Shown: one piece after another, positions 24,172-37,600 of the stretch | How the letters are laid out: each line of letters begins with the position of its first letter | How positions within the stretch are numbered: position 1 is the first letter of the stretch | NCBI RefSeq assembly: GCF_006345805.1 | Contig: NC_042998.1 | Coordinates: forward strand, 117,242,001-117,306,000 | DNA length: 64,000 nt | Reading direction: 5' to 3' | From: Octopus sinensis | Lineage: Eukaryota | The notes under the pieces: model-generated | Told to the model about the DNA's origin: nothing | The model's database searches: none | Seen by the model: the letters and a program-made list of their open reading frames with translations, nothing else | Program-made: the position numbers and the translations under genes

Positions 24172-26289
24172 CGGGTAGGAATCTTTAAGCATACAGCCTA
24201 AGGGTCTTTGAATAGAATAAAAATGTGTACTTCACCGATTTTATGGTATAATACACATACTGACTCATATGTGCACGGAATGCCACCTAAAATCAGTAAA
24301 AATTACAAATTGTCACGACTGATAACCTCCGTTGGCAAATCCTTTCCTATCACGTTAAGGTTTACCAACATGTGAAATCTGATATAGGCACTCTCATTAG
24401 AAGTGCAAATTCATAATCTATCTATCACCTATATTTGTTGTTAAATTTTACACATATTGGTGAATTCTATAGTGTAATACAACACACAACATGATTTTAA
24501 ATTAATATATGAATGCAAATCATTTGAAGTGCATATGCATGAGTATATTTCAAACTATGCTGCAGAAATTCAAGTCTATCCTGTAAATTATGTAAATTTC
24601 CAAATTACGTGATAAACTGAAACGTATTGAAATTGATTCATTAACTTATATTACCCATACGGCTCCGGAACAATAATATGCTCTCTCTTTCTCCCTCCCT
24701 CTCTCTCTCTCTAACACACAAATACATACACACACACTCTTTCTCTCGATCTTCCTCTATCTATATTTCCTTCTCTGTTTATGGTCAAAGCTCAAACATT
24801 TCGGTTTAAAATGGAGAGTTCATTGGAAATGTTAGCGTTGAAATCCCTACAAATGCAGAGTGGTAACGACCAAAATACATCTGGTTATACATAGAGTGCA
24901 AGCTAAACGTAAACGATAATCCCACATTGAAAATACACGGCACTTACTATTACAGTTAATACAGATTATGTCATTTGCAAAATATTTATTTTCAACCTTC
25001 ATGTGAAATTACTTAGCATTTGAATCTGACTTTGTTTTATCTAGATAACATTAAATTAAAGAATGTAGTAGATTAGAAAAAATATATTTATTTTAACATA
25101 ATCAAATCGTCATCGTCATGTATATAAATACATAGTATCGCATGGAGCTTTAAATTTCGCGTTTGTAAATCATGTCACCGGGACCACTCAACATATTACA
25201 ACATAAAGAGACTTCTTTACTTAATCGATTATCTAACGTAATCTCCTTTTCCAAACCCAAATTCTATAGAACATTTCTCCATTATGTAACGGCATCATAA
25301 TTTCTCTTTATCGTAAAGTTATTTTCTTCACTGTTCTTTTGTTATTTTCTATTCACCCATCTCTTACCTCTGTGCTTTATCCTCCCACATCTTCTGTGAG
25401 GGGTTCCTGAAGTTCTTTATTACTGGGGGCTGTCTACTTTAAGCCAAGCTAGCTAAACTGACTACTGTTTCCTTCGGCCAGCTATGGCTAGTCTTCATCT
25501 AGCTGTTCTTCATCTTTTCTTGCCCCTTATCTACGCCCAGTTTATTTCTTCTTTCCTTTTTTTCTTTCTGTCTGTTTGAGCTTTGAGCAAATGCTTTTGA
25601 AAGGTAAGCTTTTGAAAGAATAATTAGGTATAAATAATCTCTTTGACAACATAGAAATATCACCGACTAAATTCAGTGGTATTGCGGACGAAAGACCATT
25701 CAAGAACTCGCTGGACATAAACACCCAAACAAAAACAAATGCAAAGATATAAGTGCAAATATAAAAATAACCATGATCAACCGCAGTGGCATACGTAATC
25801 ACCCACAGGTTTACATACAAATAAAGAAATTGCATATCTAGTCTGTTATTCTGTAAATGTAATTAGGGATGTTTCGAAAGAGACTGACATAATCATCAAG
25901 CATACTCCAAGCCAAAGTGTATTTGACGAGGCTGCACTTCTCAACTAAAAGTAACATCGCTGTGATACACTTCTGTTTTGCTTTTCGTCTTCCCATGATT
26001 ATAAAAAAACTATTTTTCTATTTAACAATAAATTAGGATGAAAAAAGGACTCGTAGCTGCCAAGCAAACTCTTAGCCATAAATTTGTTGTGTTATCCGTG
26101 CATATTTGTGTGTATGTAAAGATTATCTCTCCTTTTATCTCTCTCATCCTCTCTTTTTCTTTCTTCCTTTCTCTCGCTCTCACACACTCAAATATGCACG
26201 TAGAAATATATGCATATATGTGTGCATGTTCATACGCGTTTAAGTTGATAAAGAAATTGTGAGAGATGATTTGAGGACACGTAATTTAG

Positions 26290-27320
26290 AACACGTTACT
26301 CTCTTCAAACTAACTGGAAGGTTTCTGTTTTTTTTTAGCTGTCTCAAAGCAAAGAGAATAGTCACTCACATTATATGTGCGAATCTCAGCCAGTAATTTA
26401 GAAATTGCCAAAGTTCTCAATATTACGAAATATATTTTCAGACAGATTACAATGAGAATTAGAAGCATAAGGCGGATTATTTCAACTGTTCCAAAGTCCC
26501 CATGCAGTGGGTTCAAAACATTATTGATGACAATCTCCGAAAATCAGTAAAGTCCGTTGCCAAAGAATATCAAGTGCCAGAGTGTACTGTCAGAATTTCG
26601 ACGGACAAGGACATACGACAAAGACACTGTCAAATCGTCTGATCCAGGCCAATCAGTTACTTAAGGAGAGGGAAATACTTACGAGCGTGAAATACTTTGG
26701 ATCATCACCGACGAGAAAAAAATTTCAAATTAAACTAAACTCTAATAGGAGAAATGACAACTATTTATGTGCAGATACTGTTAGTATCAGCTGTGTGATT
26801 CACAATAAGTTTCCACCTACAATGACATGATGGTTATAGATACGTTGAGTAATGAAGTCATGTATTACAACATCACATCTTCCTACAGGTTTTGCAATAA
26901 ATAATGCTGGACATGTAGCGCTGGAGATTGTAGTTAAACCATGGAAAAATTAAGTGCGTACGAGATGAAACAAGAATCAGTAGCTTCTTACAAAGACTAC
27001 GTGAACAAAGAATGAATTTTAGACAATGTTTTTGACAATGTAACGCTAAGAGATTGGACTCCAAAATCACCAGTGACTACTACATATGAAGAGTCGTTGA
27101 AAGGAAGACCATCCCTCATTCCCATAATGACATCGCTTCATTGTAACCTGCCATTGTCCAGAAGATGTACGAAACGAAAATAAACCATTTGGTGAAGACA
27201 TGGTAGCGATTTTGGTCCAATATTGAAGAGGTCATCGGAGCAAGAGGTGAATCATATAATTATCTTCTAAGAATCCTTATCGCGAAAATGTACACAAACT
27301 CATCTTAAGATACTTATACA
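26290..27320 (+). mobile_element. Tc1/mariner-superfamily transposase remnant
   Basis: ITDEKKFQIKLNSNRRND (first catalytic D), KFPPTM, TGFAIN, VVKPW, DWTPKSP; many stops and frameshifts; TIRs not confirmed. Confidence 0.7.
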
Positions 27321-27329
27321 TTAAAAACT

Positions 27330-27780
27330 TTTTTTTAAAATTAATTTAATTAAATACACAAAAAATAAGTAGGTGTAAACGCATGAACAAAATCAACAAA
27401 AACAAATTAAACGAACCTGTATAAACTGGAGATAGAAATATTGTAGGCACTTTCCTTCCACACACACTAACTAAACATAGATATACATAGGGATAACGCA
27501 TGCGCAAATAGAGACACATACAATAGGAATACAAAATACAAAATGGCTGACCATTAGTAAGGAGAGACACACAAATAAGAAAGAATAAAGCAAAGGGCCA
27601 CTGATGAGGTCACAGAAGTGTGAGGAAAGAACTCTGGCCGAAATAAAAGTAAGATTAATGCAAAAAGTAAATAAAGCTGAAAGAAATTAACACCAAATAT
27701 ATAGTGCGTGCGTTTTTATTGGCTAAACTGGCAACATGACGATTCCTAAATACAGCAACATCTGTTTCAACACACTATTT
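27330..27780 (+). repeat. probable PLE terminal repeat with hammerhead core
   Basis: CTGATGA (27601)-GGTCA...TGGCC-GAAA (27640)-T-AAAA-GTA. Confidence 0.45.
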
Positions 27781-27859
27781 CACATCAAGAATCTTGTAAA
27801 ACAAATATATAAACGTATATATATATATATATATATATATAGTAAATCTCAAAACAAAG

Positions 27860-28034
27860 AACAAACACAAAAGAAATACAACGCAAGGTACATGTAAAGT
27901 AGGAGTGGACGCTGAGAGAAGTAGAAAATGGTGGTTTAACGTTTCGTGCAAAGCTCTTCTTCACAAACATAGTCCAATAGAAAGGAAGACGGAGGAAAAC
28001 AAATCGCCAACGATTCACATGTGGTTACATTTTG

Positions 28035-28035
<1 letters not shown>
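27860..28035 (-). repeat. PLE-type terminal repeat between (TA)n tracts
   Basis: Minus strand GTGAAGA-AGAGC-TTT-GCAC-GAAACGTTA at 27937-27965. Confidence 0.5.
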
Positions 28036-28070
<35 letters not shown>

Positions 28071-28284
28071 ATGCACTATTTATTCATCATAGGCTCGCAG
28101 CTGTTTCAGACATACTTTTTCGGTGTGTTCATATTCAATTTAATCAGTCGATCAATCGATTAAGTGAACATATGTAGAACTACCACCAGCACAATATTAT
28201 CTTACTCAGAGTGAAAGTAAATTAACCATACACACGACCGCGCACTAACGCACCCACACGCACACACACACACATATATATATC

Positions 28285-28470
28285 AACGAGGATCAAGAGC
28301 CCACGATTTCCTGAGCCATAGGCTTATAGGCTGTTTTCCGGGATTCTGTGGTACCTGGAGAAAATAGAAATGAAGTATTTCACTCAAGAAATCAACGCAT
28401 CACCCGATCCAGGAATCGATTTCGCAAACTTATAATCAAGATTGTAACACCATAACCAGGAAGGCACACT
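28285..28470 (-). mobile_element. old tRNA-derived SINE
   Basis: Minus strand B-box-like GAAATCGATTCCTGGATCGGG, similar to the SINE head at 58704. Confidence 0.45.
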
Positions 28471-28511
28471 CCCCACCCATACTCACACACACACACATAT
28501 ATATATATATG

Positions 28512-28589
<78 letters not shown>

Positions 28590-29120
28590 AACACACAGAC
28601 ACATGATGTGTGTGAGTTTATACACGCATATACACCCAATATTGTCTCTGGCGTCTACATGTCTAAAATGAACTACCAGAATAAAATAGATTGACGTCAT
28701 TTCAATATACGTCGAGTTGTGAATACTTTAAAAACTAATAGCTCTACAAATGTCAAAGAGAAATCTAAACTGTTACCTTCAGAATGAAAATGGCGTCAGT
28801 ATGATAAGAAGTTCAATAGTTGTCATATATATATGTTAATAATCGTATGTTTCAGAAAGCCTGTATAATATAAGTACATGTTTATAACAATATGAGACAT
28901 ATATATTCCTTTAGTTGATATCTATCAAACTTGCTAGTGTGAAATTGCTTCTAAATTATTATTATTGCTACCAAATTCATTATTACGCCAATTAAAATTT
29001 TCATATAATTATCACAAGGAACGTATATATATATATATATATATGAGTATGCAGCATAACTCAAATACGAATCACGTAAAAGGATAAAGAGTTAGATAGA
29101 TATGTATGTGCGTGTATATG

Positions 29121-29199
<79 letters not shown>

Positions 29200-29499
29200 T
29201 GTGTGTGTGTGTGTGTGTATAGATATAGATATAAACATACATACACACAGAGGGAAAAAAATGTGTGAGTGACTTTCTATGTGTGTTTTCGTTATTATGT
29301 GAATGCATACGTCAAAGGAAGCACAATTTACTTAACAACACACTTCCTTAACAACACAATTTACTTAACAACACATGATATACAATTCTTACAAATACAC
29401 ACACACACCTTTGATTACTTGCAACACAGGTACAAACCAATATATACTTACTACCCTATAATTCTATACCTTGTTTTCGTTCTCATTTGTGTGGATAGG

Positions 29500-29810
29500 A
29501 GTGATATACCTTGCTTCTAATCTGCCTTTCTTCAACCCAAATAAGTAGATTTGACTGGCTTGAAAGTCAAGTGACTGTTTGACTGATGCTTTCACTGATC
29601 CGTCTTCCACAGAAGCTCGGATGGTGGGTGGCAGGACATCAGGGATGCTGAGTAGCCACCTAAACTACCTTTTCGGTGAGTTTACAAGCATATTCCTTAG
29701 AAGTATGGAAAGAGCTTCTGAAATGGTACCCCTAATAACAATGCCTTTCTCGAGCTATTGCCACTGTGATATTGTTGATGCAAAAGACAATCTCAACCTG
29801 AAGCTCTTGT
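29500..29810 (-). mobile_element. CR1-group LINE 3' end, degenerate
   Basis: IRGT...LLRNM...KR*FRWLLSIPDVLPPT...KQSLDFQ aligns by eye with FKPTLDRILSRVPDEPTT...SNSILHQ at the end of the LINE at 33834-34103. Confidence 0.55.
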
Positions 29811-30352
29811 AAATGACCAAATTGAGATTTCTGCATATGTCTGTAACACAGTGCTGTAACACTATATTGCTCATATATAACAAACTACGTAATAAAATAT
29901 ACATTAGTAAGCATTTTGTAATATATAAATATAGCTGATACAATTATATGTATGTGGGTATGTGTGCGCGCTCACGTATGTGTGTCTTTTTGAGTTTGTG
30001 AACGCGTGCTCATATATGTATGTATACAAAGGATACGCTACGAAATGATATGCATATTTCATATTTGTGAAGGTTAGTAGCAAAATAGTATTTCTATTTG
30101 CATATTTCACTCATAACTCTATATTACAATGTGCAAATTTTAGCTAATACGAAATATACACATTATATGCAATAATAACAAATGAATAAAATATTTTATA
30201 AATATAACATAATTTCCTTTGATTTTATATGATAAAACAGTATATAAACTGTATATATGCGTGTATATACATGAGTATATATGTATATATAAATATATAT
30301 ACATATATATATATATATATACATACATATATATATACCTGCATCTCCATAT

Positions 30353-30404
<52 letters not shown>

Positions 30405-30519
30405 ATATGTGTGTGTGTGTACATGCATATGCGTGTGATAGTATGTATGTATGTGTGCGAAATTTAAACCTCGTACCTTACATACATCTGATACAATATG
30501 ACTTAACATAATTCAGTAG

Positions 30520-30574
<55 letters not shown>

Positions 30575-31203
30575 TTGTATGTATGTTAATTAGTGTGTGA
30601 TCATCATACATATTTTATGCATCATATGAACTACCTATGAATGTATTACGAAGGCTATATAAAAAGAAGTGTGCATGATATAAGTATACTTATGCAGAAT
30701 ATCGTAAGGTATATTGTGCTGAATATCATAAAGTAACAGTGGCGCTTTTTCGTGTATAAACGAATTATAATTCTTTATACAAGCATGAAGGTGTCTATAC
30801 GTATATATATTAATCAAACTTGATAAGGAGATAAAGACATAAATTTCCAGTGAACAGAATTATGCAGACACATATAAATGAGAGTAGACATAAAGATACA
30901 TTCGGGAAAGTATAAATATATATCGATGAAGGCAGGCCAATAAATTGATATATAACAGGCAGCAAATAAATTATTACAAAGGGAAATTATTGACATGATA
31001 CGTATTTATGCTTTCTTTTTTTTCCTGTGTGCAACTGCGTGTGTACTAATATTTCTATATGAAAGCATACATACAAATAGGTGTATGGAAATGCATGTAT
31101 GTTTTCGTTCATGTGTGTGCATATGCACGCGTGTAGATATGCGCGCGTTTGGTATGTATAAGTTTATATACATACATATATATTTTTTTACACTTCCAAC
31201 TAG

Positions 31204-31315
31204 TGAAAGTTGAACAGTATTTGATAGGCACATTTTATGACAGAGTTACAAATACTTTCATCCTTCATAGATACAATAAATTGGAAAGATTATATGACAT
31301 TCCATGCATTTCCAA
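31204..31315 (+). CDS. candidate internal exon, unidentified protein (KVEQYLIGTFYDRVTNTFILHRYNKLERLYDIPCIS)
   Basis: Acceptor ttttttacacttccaactag, donor AA|gtaatc, single open frame; no recognisable homology. Confidence 0.3.
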
Positions 31316-31373
31316 GTAATCTTTCAGGATCAATGCATATATCTATCTATCTATATCTGTTTCTCCCCTCTTT

Positions 31374-31438
<65 letters not shown>

Positions 31439-31439
31439 A

Positions 31440-31509
<70 letters not shown>

Positions 31510-31609
31510 CTCTAGAACTGTCAGAAGGACGCCTCTGGTGAGAACACAATAATGTTCGAAAATCGATTAAGGTTGTTCATCATTTATTCAGTCTGAAAAG
31601 AGATAGCTA

Positions 31610-34160
31610 AAATATTCCCTGTTTATAATTATACCATATGTGGATGCTCGAAATCACATAGGCAAATTTGAAGATTGCCTCTCAAGTATTAAAGAAATCC
31701 TCATGAAATTGGAACGTCACGTGAGCGTATTTCGTATGAGTGATTTGAATATCAAGTGGCCTGAAGGAATGACTCATTGCAAACAAGCACAGCAGGTGTC
31801 TTGCTCAACCGCACCAGTGCCCTATTCATGGTGCAAGTTTTACTCAGACCAACTAGGGGGAATAACATTTTGGATCTCTGCTTCACAAACAATATGGACA
31901 TCCTTCTAGATGTGAAAGTGACACCGATATTAGTCTCAAATCACAACATAATAGAGCTGTCTATGTATGGGCCTAAAGTAGCCAGAGACACACAACTTAA
32001 AGGAAGCACACAAAATCTCTCCCAATTTGAACTTCCACAAAGCAGATTGGAAATTGATCCAGAAAGAGATCCTCAGACTGGACTGGCCGAAATGTGTCTC
32101 AACATCAGACATTGGCATGAAACTAGAATAGTTCATGTCTGTTATGCAAACCATATGCCAGACATATGTCCCAGATCACAAGGCCAACGCAAAAGGGAAC
32201 AATATTGCAAGGGAGAGGAAGATCTTCATAAGACGACGGACAACGGTGGCAAATCGCTTCAACCAACATTCCAAATTAACGAAATGTCCTGCCTAATAAC
32301 AACTCTGTCGGATATTGAAAAAAGCTTGCAACGATCCTATGTGAGGGAGAGAGCAGAAAAAGAAGCCTGGGTTATAAAACACATTATGTCAAAACCAAAG
32401 GCATTCAATCATTATGAGAAAGAAACAGCCTCAGTACACTGCAAGATAGGACCCCTCTTCGAAAAGGAAGACTCCCTCATTGATTGTCCGTCAGTGAGGT
32501 ACTTGATGGCCAGTTCAAAATTATCTTTACCACCCCGTTGGAACACAGGCAAGTGAACGAACCAGTAGATTTCTTTGCCGTCTCACCTATAACCAGCGAC
32601 ATTAGCGGAGAAGATATACTACTAGCCACAGATGAGGTGGACACAAACTCAACTGCTGGTACTGATTGTTTCCCAGCAATACTCCTCAAATCGTGTAAGC
32701 GTGTCCTGGAGAAACCTCCACACATTCTCTTCAAGAGCTTTCTCGCAAATGGCATGCTGCCGAAAAAGCTGAAGGAGGGTATGATTTTACCAATGGATAA
32801 AGAAGGAAGCAGAGCAGATGCCAAAGACTATAGGCCTATCTCTCTGACTTCAGACATGAGCAAGGTTATGAAACGGATAGTGAGAGGGAAACTAATCGCA
32901 GTCCTTGAAAAAAATAACTTGCTGAGTGATACCCAGCATGGCTTTCAACCAGGTAGGGGCTGCCTGACACAACTCTTACAACACTATAACTGGGTGTTTA
33001 GGCAGTTACTCAGCAACTCAAATGTCGACTTAATATAACTTGACTTATCAAAAGCTTTTGATAAACTGGATCATGGTATGCAATATCACAAACTGCATGA
33101 TCTTAGTATAGCTGGAAAACTTGGAGAGTGGTTACATGATTTTCTGAAAGATAGATGTCAAGCTGTAGTGGCCAATGGAGCCAACTCAATGAAAACACAA
33201 ATAGTGAGCGGTGTTCAACAGGGCACTGTTTTTCATAGTGGCCCTCTCAGGTATGTCTTCAACTGCTCGGATAGCTACCCTTGCTAGCTACGCAGACCAT
33301 ACGAAAGTCTCGCAGAAAACACAGAACACCAATAATGTTGCACACCTGCAGCAGGAGTTAGACTAAATTTACAGATGGGCTGAGGATAATAATATGCCGT
33401 TTAATATTGAAAAACTCCAAGCCCTGCAAAACAGAATATGAAACTTTCAAGGCACACTGGTCTACAGGGGATTACAATCCCTAATTCTAAATCAGTGAGC
33501 GACCTGGGTATCGACATGAGTGATGATGCATCGTTCAAAGTGCACATTACAAGGATGGCTAGAAAGTGCAGACGAATGGCTGGGTGGATCCTGAGAACGT
33601 TCAGAACCAGAGAAAAGGAAATCATGATGGTTTTCTGGAGGACCTTGAAGCAATCTTGCGACGCTTCATAAAGAAGATCGTCTCATTGCAACATTTCAAC
33701 AACTGGGAAAGGCTGAGACAGCTAAGACTCTATTCCCTAGAGCGAAGGCGGGAGAGATATACAGTAATATGCATCTGGAAGATCCTTTGCCATTGAAACT
33801 TGCACCAATGCCAGAACGGGTAGACAATGCGTAGTGCCAAAAACCCCAGTAATGCCATCGCGCTTCAGGGCTAGTTACTGCAACAGCCTGGGTTTCAGAG
33901 ACCCACAGATTTTTAATATTCCCCCAAAGAGCCTGAAGATCCTACACAAAGTGGATGTAGGCGTATTCAAACCAACACTGGACCGCATCCTATCGAGAGT
34001 CCCAGATGAACCTACCACGCGGCAAGAGTTGCAACTGAGAGTAACAACATCAAACTCCATTCTTCACCAAGTGCCACAAATTAGAGGTGGCTCTCAGCAA
34101 TAATAGTGTAGCAAAACGACGGTGTCCCAGCATGGCCACAGCTCTGGGATGAAAGTGCAA
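31610..34160 (+). mobile_element. CR1-group LINE (APE plus RT), degenerate
   Basis: SDLN, PTRGNNILDLCFT, SNHNII (APE); YRPISLTS, QHGFQPGRGCLTQLL, DLSKAFDKLDH, SGVQQG, YAD (RT); LERRRERY; 3' UTR CGGTGTCCCAGCATGGCCACAG. Confidence 0.92.
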
Positions 34161-34745
34161 GTATATGTATGCATTTGTATGTGTGTAGATGCTGATATTC
34201 AACACACACGTATGAAGCTGCCTGACAGATCTCTACAGACGTACTAAATCAAGGAATGTCAGTTCATTTCACACACTCTGTTAATTCTTGTCATCACTGA
34301 GTAGCACCAAATTGAGGTAGAGGAAAATATTTGAAACGTAAAACAGGGTTTCATCTTTGATATATGAAAAGGCCAGAAAAATAGATGATTAACTACAGAA
34401 GTACTGAGTTTACGGCACACTAAAATATACTCACTGCAACGACAAAATTCCGAATTTCAACAATACTCTAATGACTTAGCAACCCTTAGAAAGAAGCATT
34501 GGAGAATTTTAATATTCCGAACAAATGAGAGTGGAGCAATAGGAATATATGACAGTAGAAGTAGACGTTGTATGTTCAACACATCTTAAAAATACCACCG
34601 TAAATCTATAATGATTATCTTCTGTTAATTGAACAAATTTCAACATAATAACTAAATATATAATGCACTTTCTTTGAAATATGGCAGAGGAATCAGTGTC
34701 ACATATAACAAGTGCATATCTCGTCTCATTTTCTTTTACATCTAG

Positions 34746-34853
34746 AATACGTGCTGGCTGGAACATTACGTGAATCAACGATGAAAAAGAGAATAAGAAA
34801 AGAAACAATAACTTTTATTGCCAATATCGTGCACGATGAATGCCAACAAACTG
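34746..34853 (+). CDS. candidate phase 1-1 exon ((E)YVLAGTLRESTMKKRIRKETITFIANIVHDECQQT)
   Basis: Acceptor ctcattttcttttacatctag, donor G|gtaaag, 108 nt, open in one frame. Confidence 0.35.
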
Positions 34854-35045
34854 GTAAAGAGTCTTGTTCTGGCTTATAACACAATTCTATTTGCATTGAT
34901 CTAGTAGCGATTGTTTGTAGTACAATTGAACAACTCATTATTGATCTCATCGGTCAATGGGAGGTTATAATATTTGCCAAAAGGTGAATATATAGATACA
35001 ATAAACAAGGCGTCTATAATAAACTGATATTGACATTTCCTGCAG

Positions 35046-35086
35046 ATTTGGCTAAATATGCTGGATTTAAAAGACTAATGGTTTAA
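35046..35086 (+). CDS. candidate terminal exon ((D)LAKYAGFKRLMV*)
   Basis: Acceptor gacatttcctgcag; phase-compatible with 34746-34853. Confidence 0.25.
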
Positions 35087-35318
35087 CGTACATTATAGAT
35101 TGTAGTCGAATATCTTAGATTGATTTCATAAATTTGCTTAAAATATTATGCAATTACATAAGTCAGCTAATGTTATGTTACATAGATATTAGCAACAATC
35201 TCTCAAGCAATCCAATGAATAACCACCTAAGCAATTTTCACACTATAAGATATCCACCTTTATCCCCCTAAAACATTCTCACTACTGCCTGAGCCTAGGC
35301 AGGGCACATTTAGCATTA

Positions 35319-36865
35319 ACTAGCAGACATACCCGGCGTTGCCCGTGTTAGATGCAATTGAAGCATTAGACTTTTCTCTTATATTTTCTGTAATGAACTG
35401 GAATACCTATGTTTCGAATTTCATCAAAATTGCAGATGAGGGTTATTTCCCTCTTTACACACCCTAAAAAAGTTGTAATCGTGCCACATGTATCCCATAC
35501 TACTGATTTGTATGCGCATATTCCAAAATTCCAGACTTATAGAACCTGTTAAAAGGATTTTGCTCCTGAAAAATGGAGGTCATGGAGCGCTAAAATATAA
35601 GAGTTAACGCCACTATTGGGGGTGGGTGTCTTAATGTCAACCAGAGAAGTTGAATTGTTGAGAATCTTTTTAACTTAGGCCTTATATCTATTGTTTGAAT
35701 TTCTTTGATATAGGAAATATATGTTCACTGGGTTTGTAAAACAGAGCAAAGCTACGGGAAGCGAAAAGACGAATGATCACAATAAGAAGTCAGCTAATCT
35801 ACCCTAGTCGTTACCACTCCCGATGTAGGATTCCTCATCATCCAGGTGACAGGCACAGTCGTAAGATGCATTACGAATCTATAGCAGTTGGAATGGCGTG
35901 ACACAACTGAAATAGACATTAACAACTTTGTGACGTGAAGCCTAAGGAGAAATGAAAGTGTCACCTCTGGAGTTTGCAGATGACCACTATACTGATACGT
36001 AACTGGAAATAATAAATTGACAATTTATAAATGTCTTTGAATAACCAGTCACTCATCTGGGAAGGCCTTGAAATCAATGTTACTATCTGGAGACTGTGTG
36101 ACCCAGTGGTAATAAAAAAGACTGAAAGGAGGTCTGCAATCAAATAACTTTACTCAACACTTTGGAAGTGAATCAGTGGAGGTAAAGAAGCCTCTCATTT
36201 ACTTGACAATTTATGCACCACTTCGCAGAAATTACAATGTAAGTGTATATCAAAGCAAACTCTTACACTGTTGTACCATTGAATTACAAATAAAGTTCAT
36301 CTTTATGCTCGGGTGACCTTACAGCTTCCAATAGTACAACTGTATTCGTCTTTGCTTAGATAAAATTACTAAATTGTGGGTGTTAAGTCCCCATGAAGAG
36401 GTCTTTCTAACTTGTAAGAAGATGAAATTTTATGAATATTACTTCATTTGTGTCTAATATCTATGGTTAAAATTTCATCAACAGCAAAAATATATGAATT
36501 GTCATGGGAGTTCTGGCCCTTACACATAGAATATAATTTCCAAAGATCCATTCAGTTCTTTTGAGCTAGTTTTGGATCATAAAAGAAATGACTAACATTT
36601 GGGAGTTAAGGCCCCCATTAGGGTGTCTTAGAATCCTCATGTGAAGTGGAAACTTTGAGAATCTTTTTTGATGTGTCAATTACCCATGGTTGAAATTTCA
36701 TCAACATCGAAAATTTATGAATTTTCATGGGTGTTCTGCTCCCTTTAAGCCATCTGAAATTCAAACCAAACATATTGCATTATACGCACCCTTATGCATT
36801 GAATTTAAGTTTCAAATATAAGGATCCATTCAGTAATTTTGGTTTATGAAATTGTATGAAACAGA
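35319..36865 (+). mobile_element. possible non-autonomous Helitron/Helentron-like element with internal sub-repeats
   Basis: Starts ACTAGCAGACATACCCGGCGTTGCCCGTG; repeated modules (AAATTTCATCAAC..AAA.T.TATGAATT.TCATGGG, GATCCATTCAGT) at about 36460-36560 and 36690-36835. Confidence 0.4.
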
Positions 36866-36869
36866 CAGC

Positions 36870-37190
36870 ATTACCCTTCTCCCTAGGCTTGGATTTTGTA
36901 TTCCAAATTTCATTATAATCTGTGCAGCTGTTTTCAAATGTATACGTAACACACGAACACAGACCTTGTTCGGGAAATTAGACTCAAAATTTAGATTTAT
37001 ACCAATAATAGTCAGTGCACATAGTTTTATGACTAAATGCCTAGCTGACCATCTGGAATGGCTTGGATTTTCTGAAAAAGAAATCAAGAAACTAACTCGC
37101 GCATTACAAATAAAATTTATAATTGGAACAGTAAAATAAACAAGAGCTTTTCTGAAGTTAAAAAATGTAACATTGTCTTTGTAATCTACT
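36870..37190 (+). mobile_element. RLE-type non-LTR retrotransposon C-terminal fragment
   Basis: KFRFIPIIVSAH...LEWLGFSEKEIKKLTRALQIKFIIGTVK. Confidence 0.65.
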
Positions 37191-37208
37191 TTTCAACGAT
37201 GGAGCTCT

Positions 37209-37600
37209 GTACGGGGTGATATCAAAAATTTCCCGAACAACGTCTGTAGCTCTGTAGCTCGCCAACAGATCGCAGCACAAGGTTGCATGTGTAGTGATTG
37301 CTAGCATTGATCTTCATTAGGCTGTATTCCAAGATACATCCTATTCTTTACTTCGCAAATTGCGAAATTTGTGTTCTTGTGACCATGCGTATACTGTAGT
37401 TTGGGATTTTGTGATAGACAGGAAGTTCGAAGAAAGAGTCAACATGAAATTTTGCGTCAAACTTGAGACGTCTGCTACAGAGACATTGAGGAGTATGCTT
37501 TGGCAAGCTTACGTGGACGAGGCTATGGATCATACGCAATGTTTCGAGTGGCACGGGCGCTTCAAAAGCGGAAGACGATCAGCGATACACGCAAGACAGC
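37209..37600 (+). mobile_element. mariner-like transposon 5' part
   Basis: TACGGGGTGATATCAAAAATTTCCCG terminus; RVNMKFCVKLETSATETL...QCFEWHGRFKSGR. Confidence 0.85.

Noticed and set aside
29613-29675. 63-nt segment with excellent acceptor and GTGAGT donor, phase-compatible with 31204
   Set aside because: It lies antisense within a CR1-group LINE 3' end, so the splice signals are probably chance; this also shows how easily such candidates arise.
29500-29810. Possible gypsy RT fragment on the minus strand
   Set aside because: It matches the C-terminus of the CR1-group LINE in this window better.
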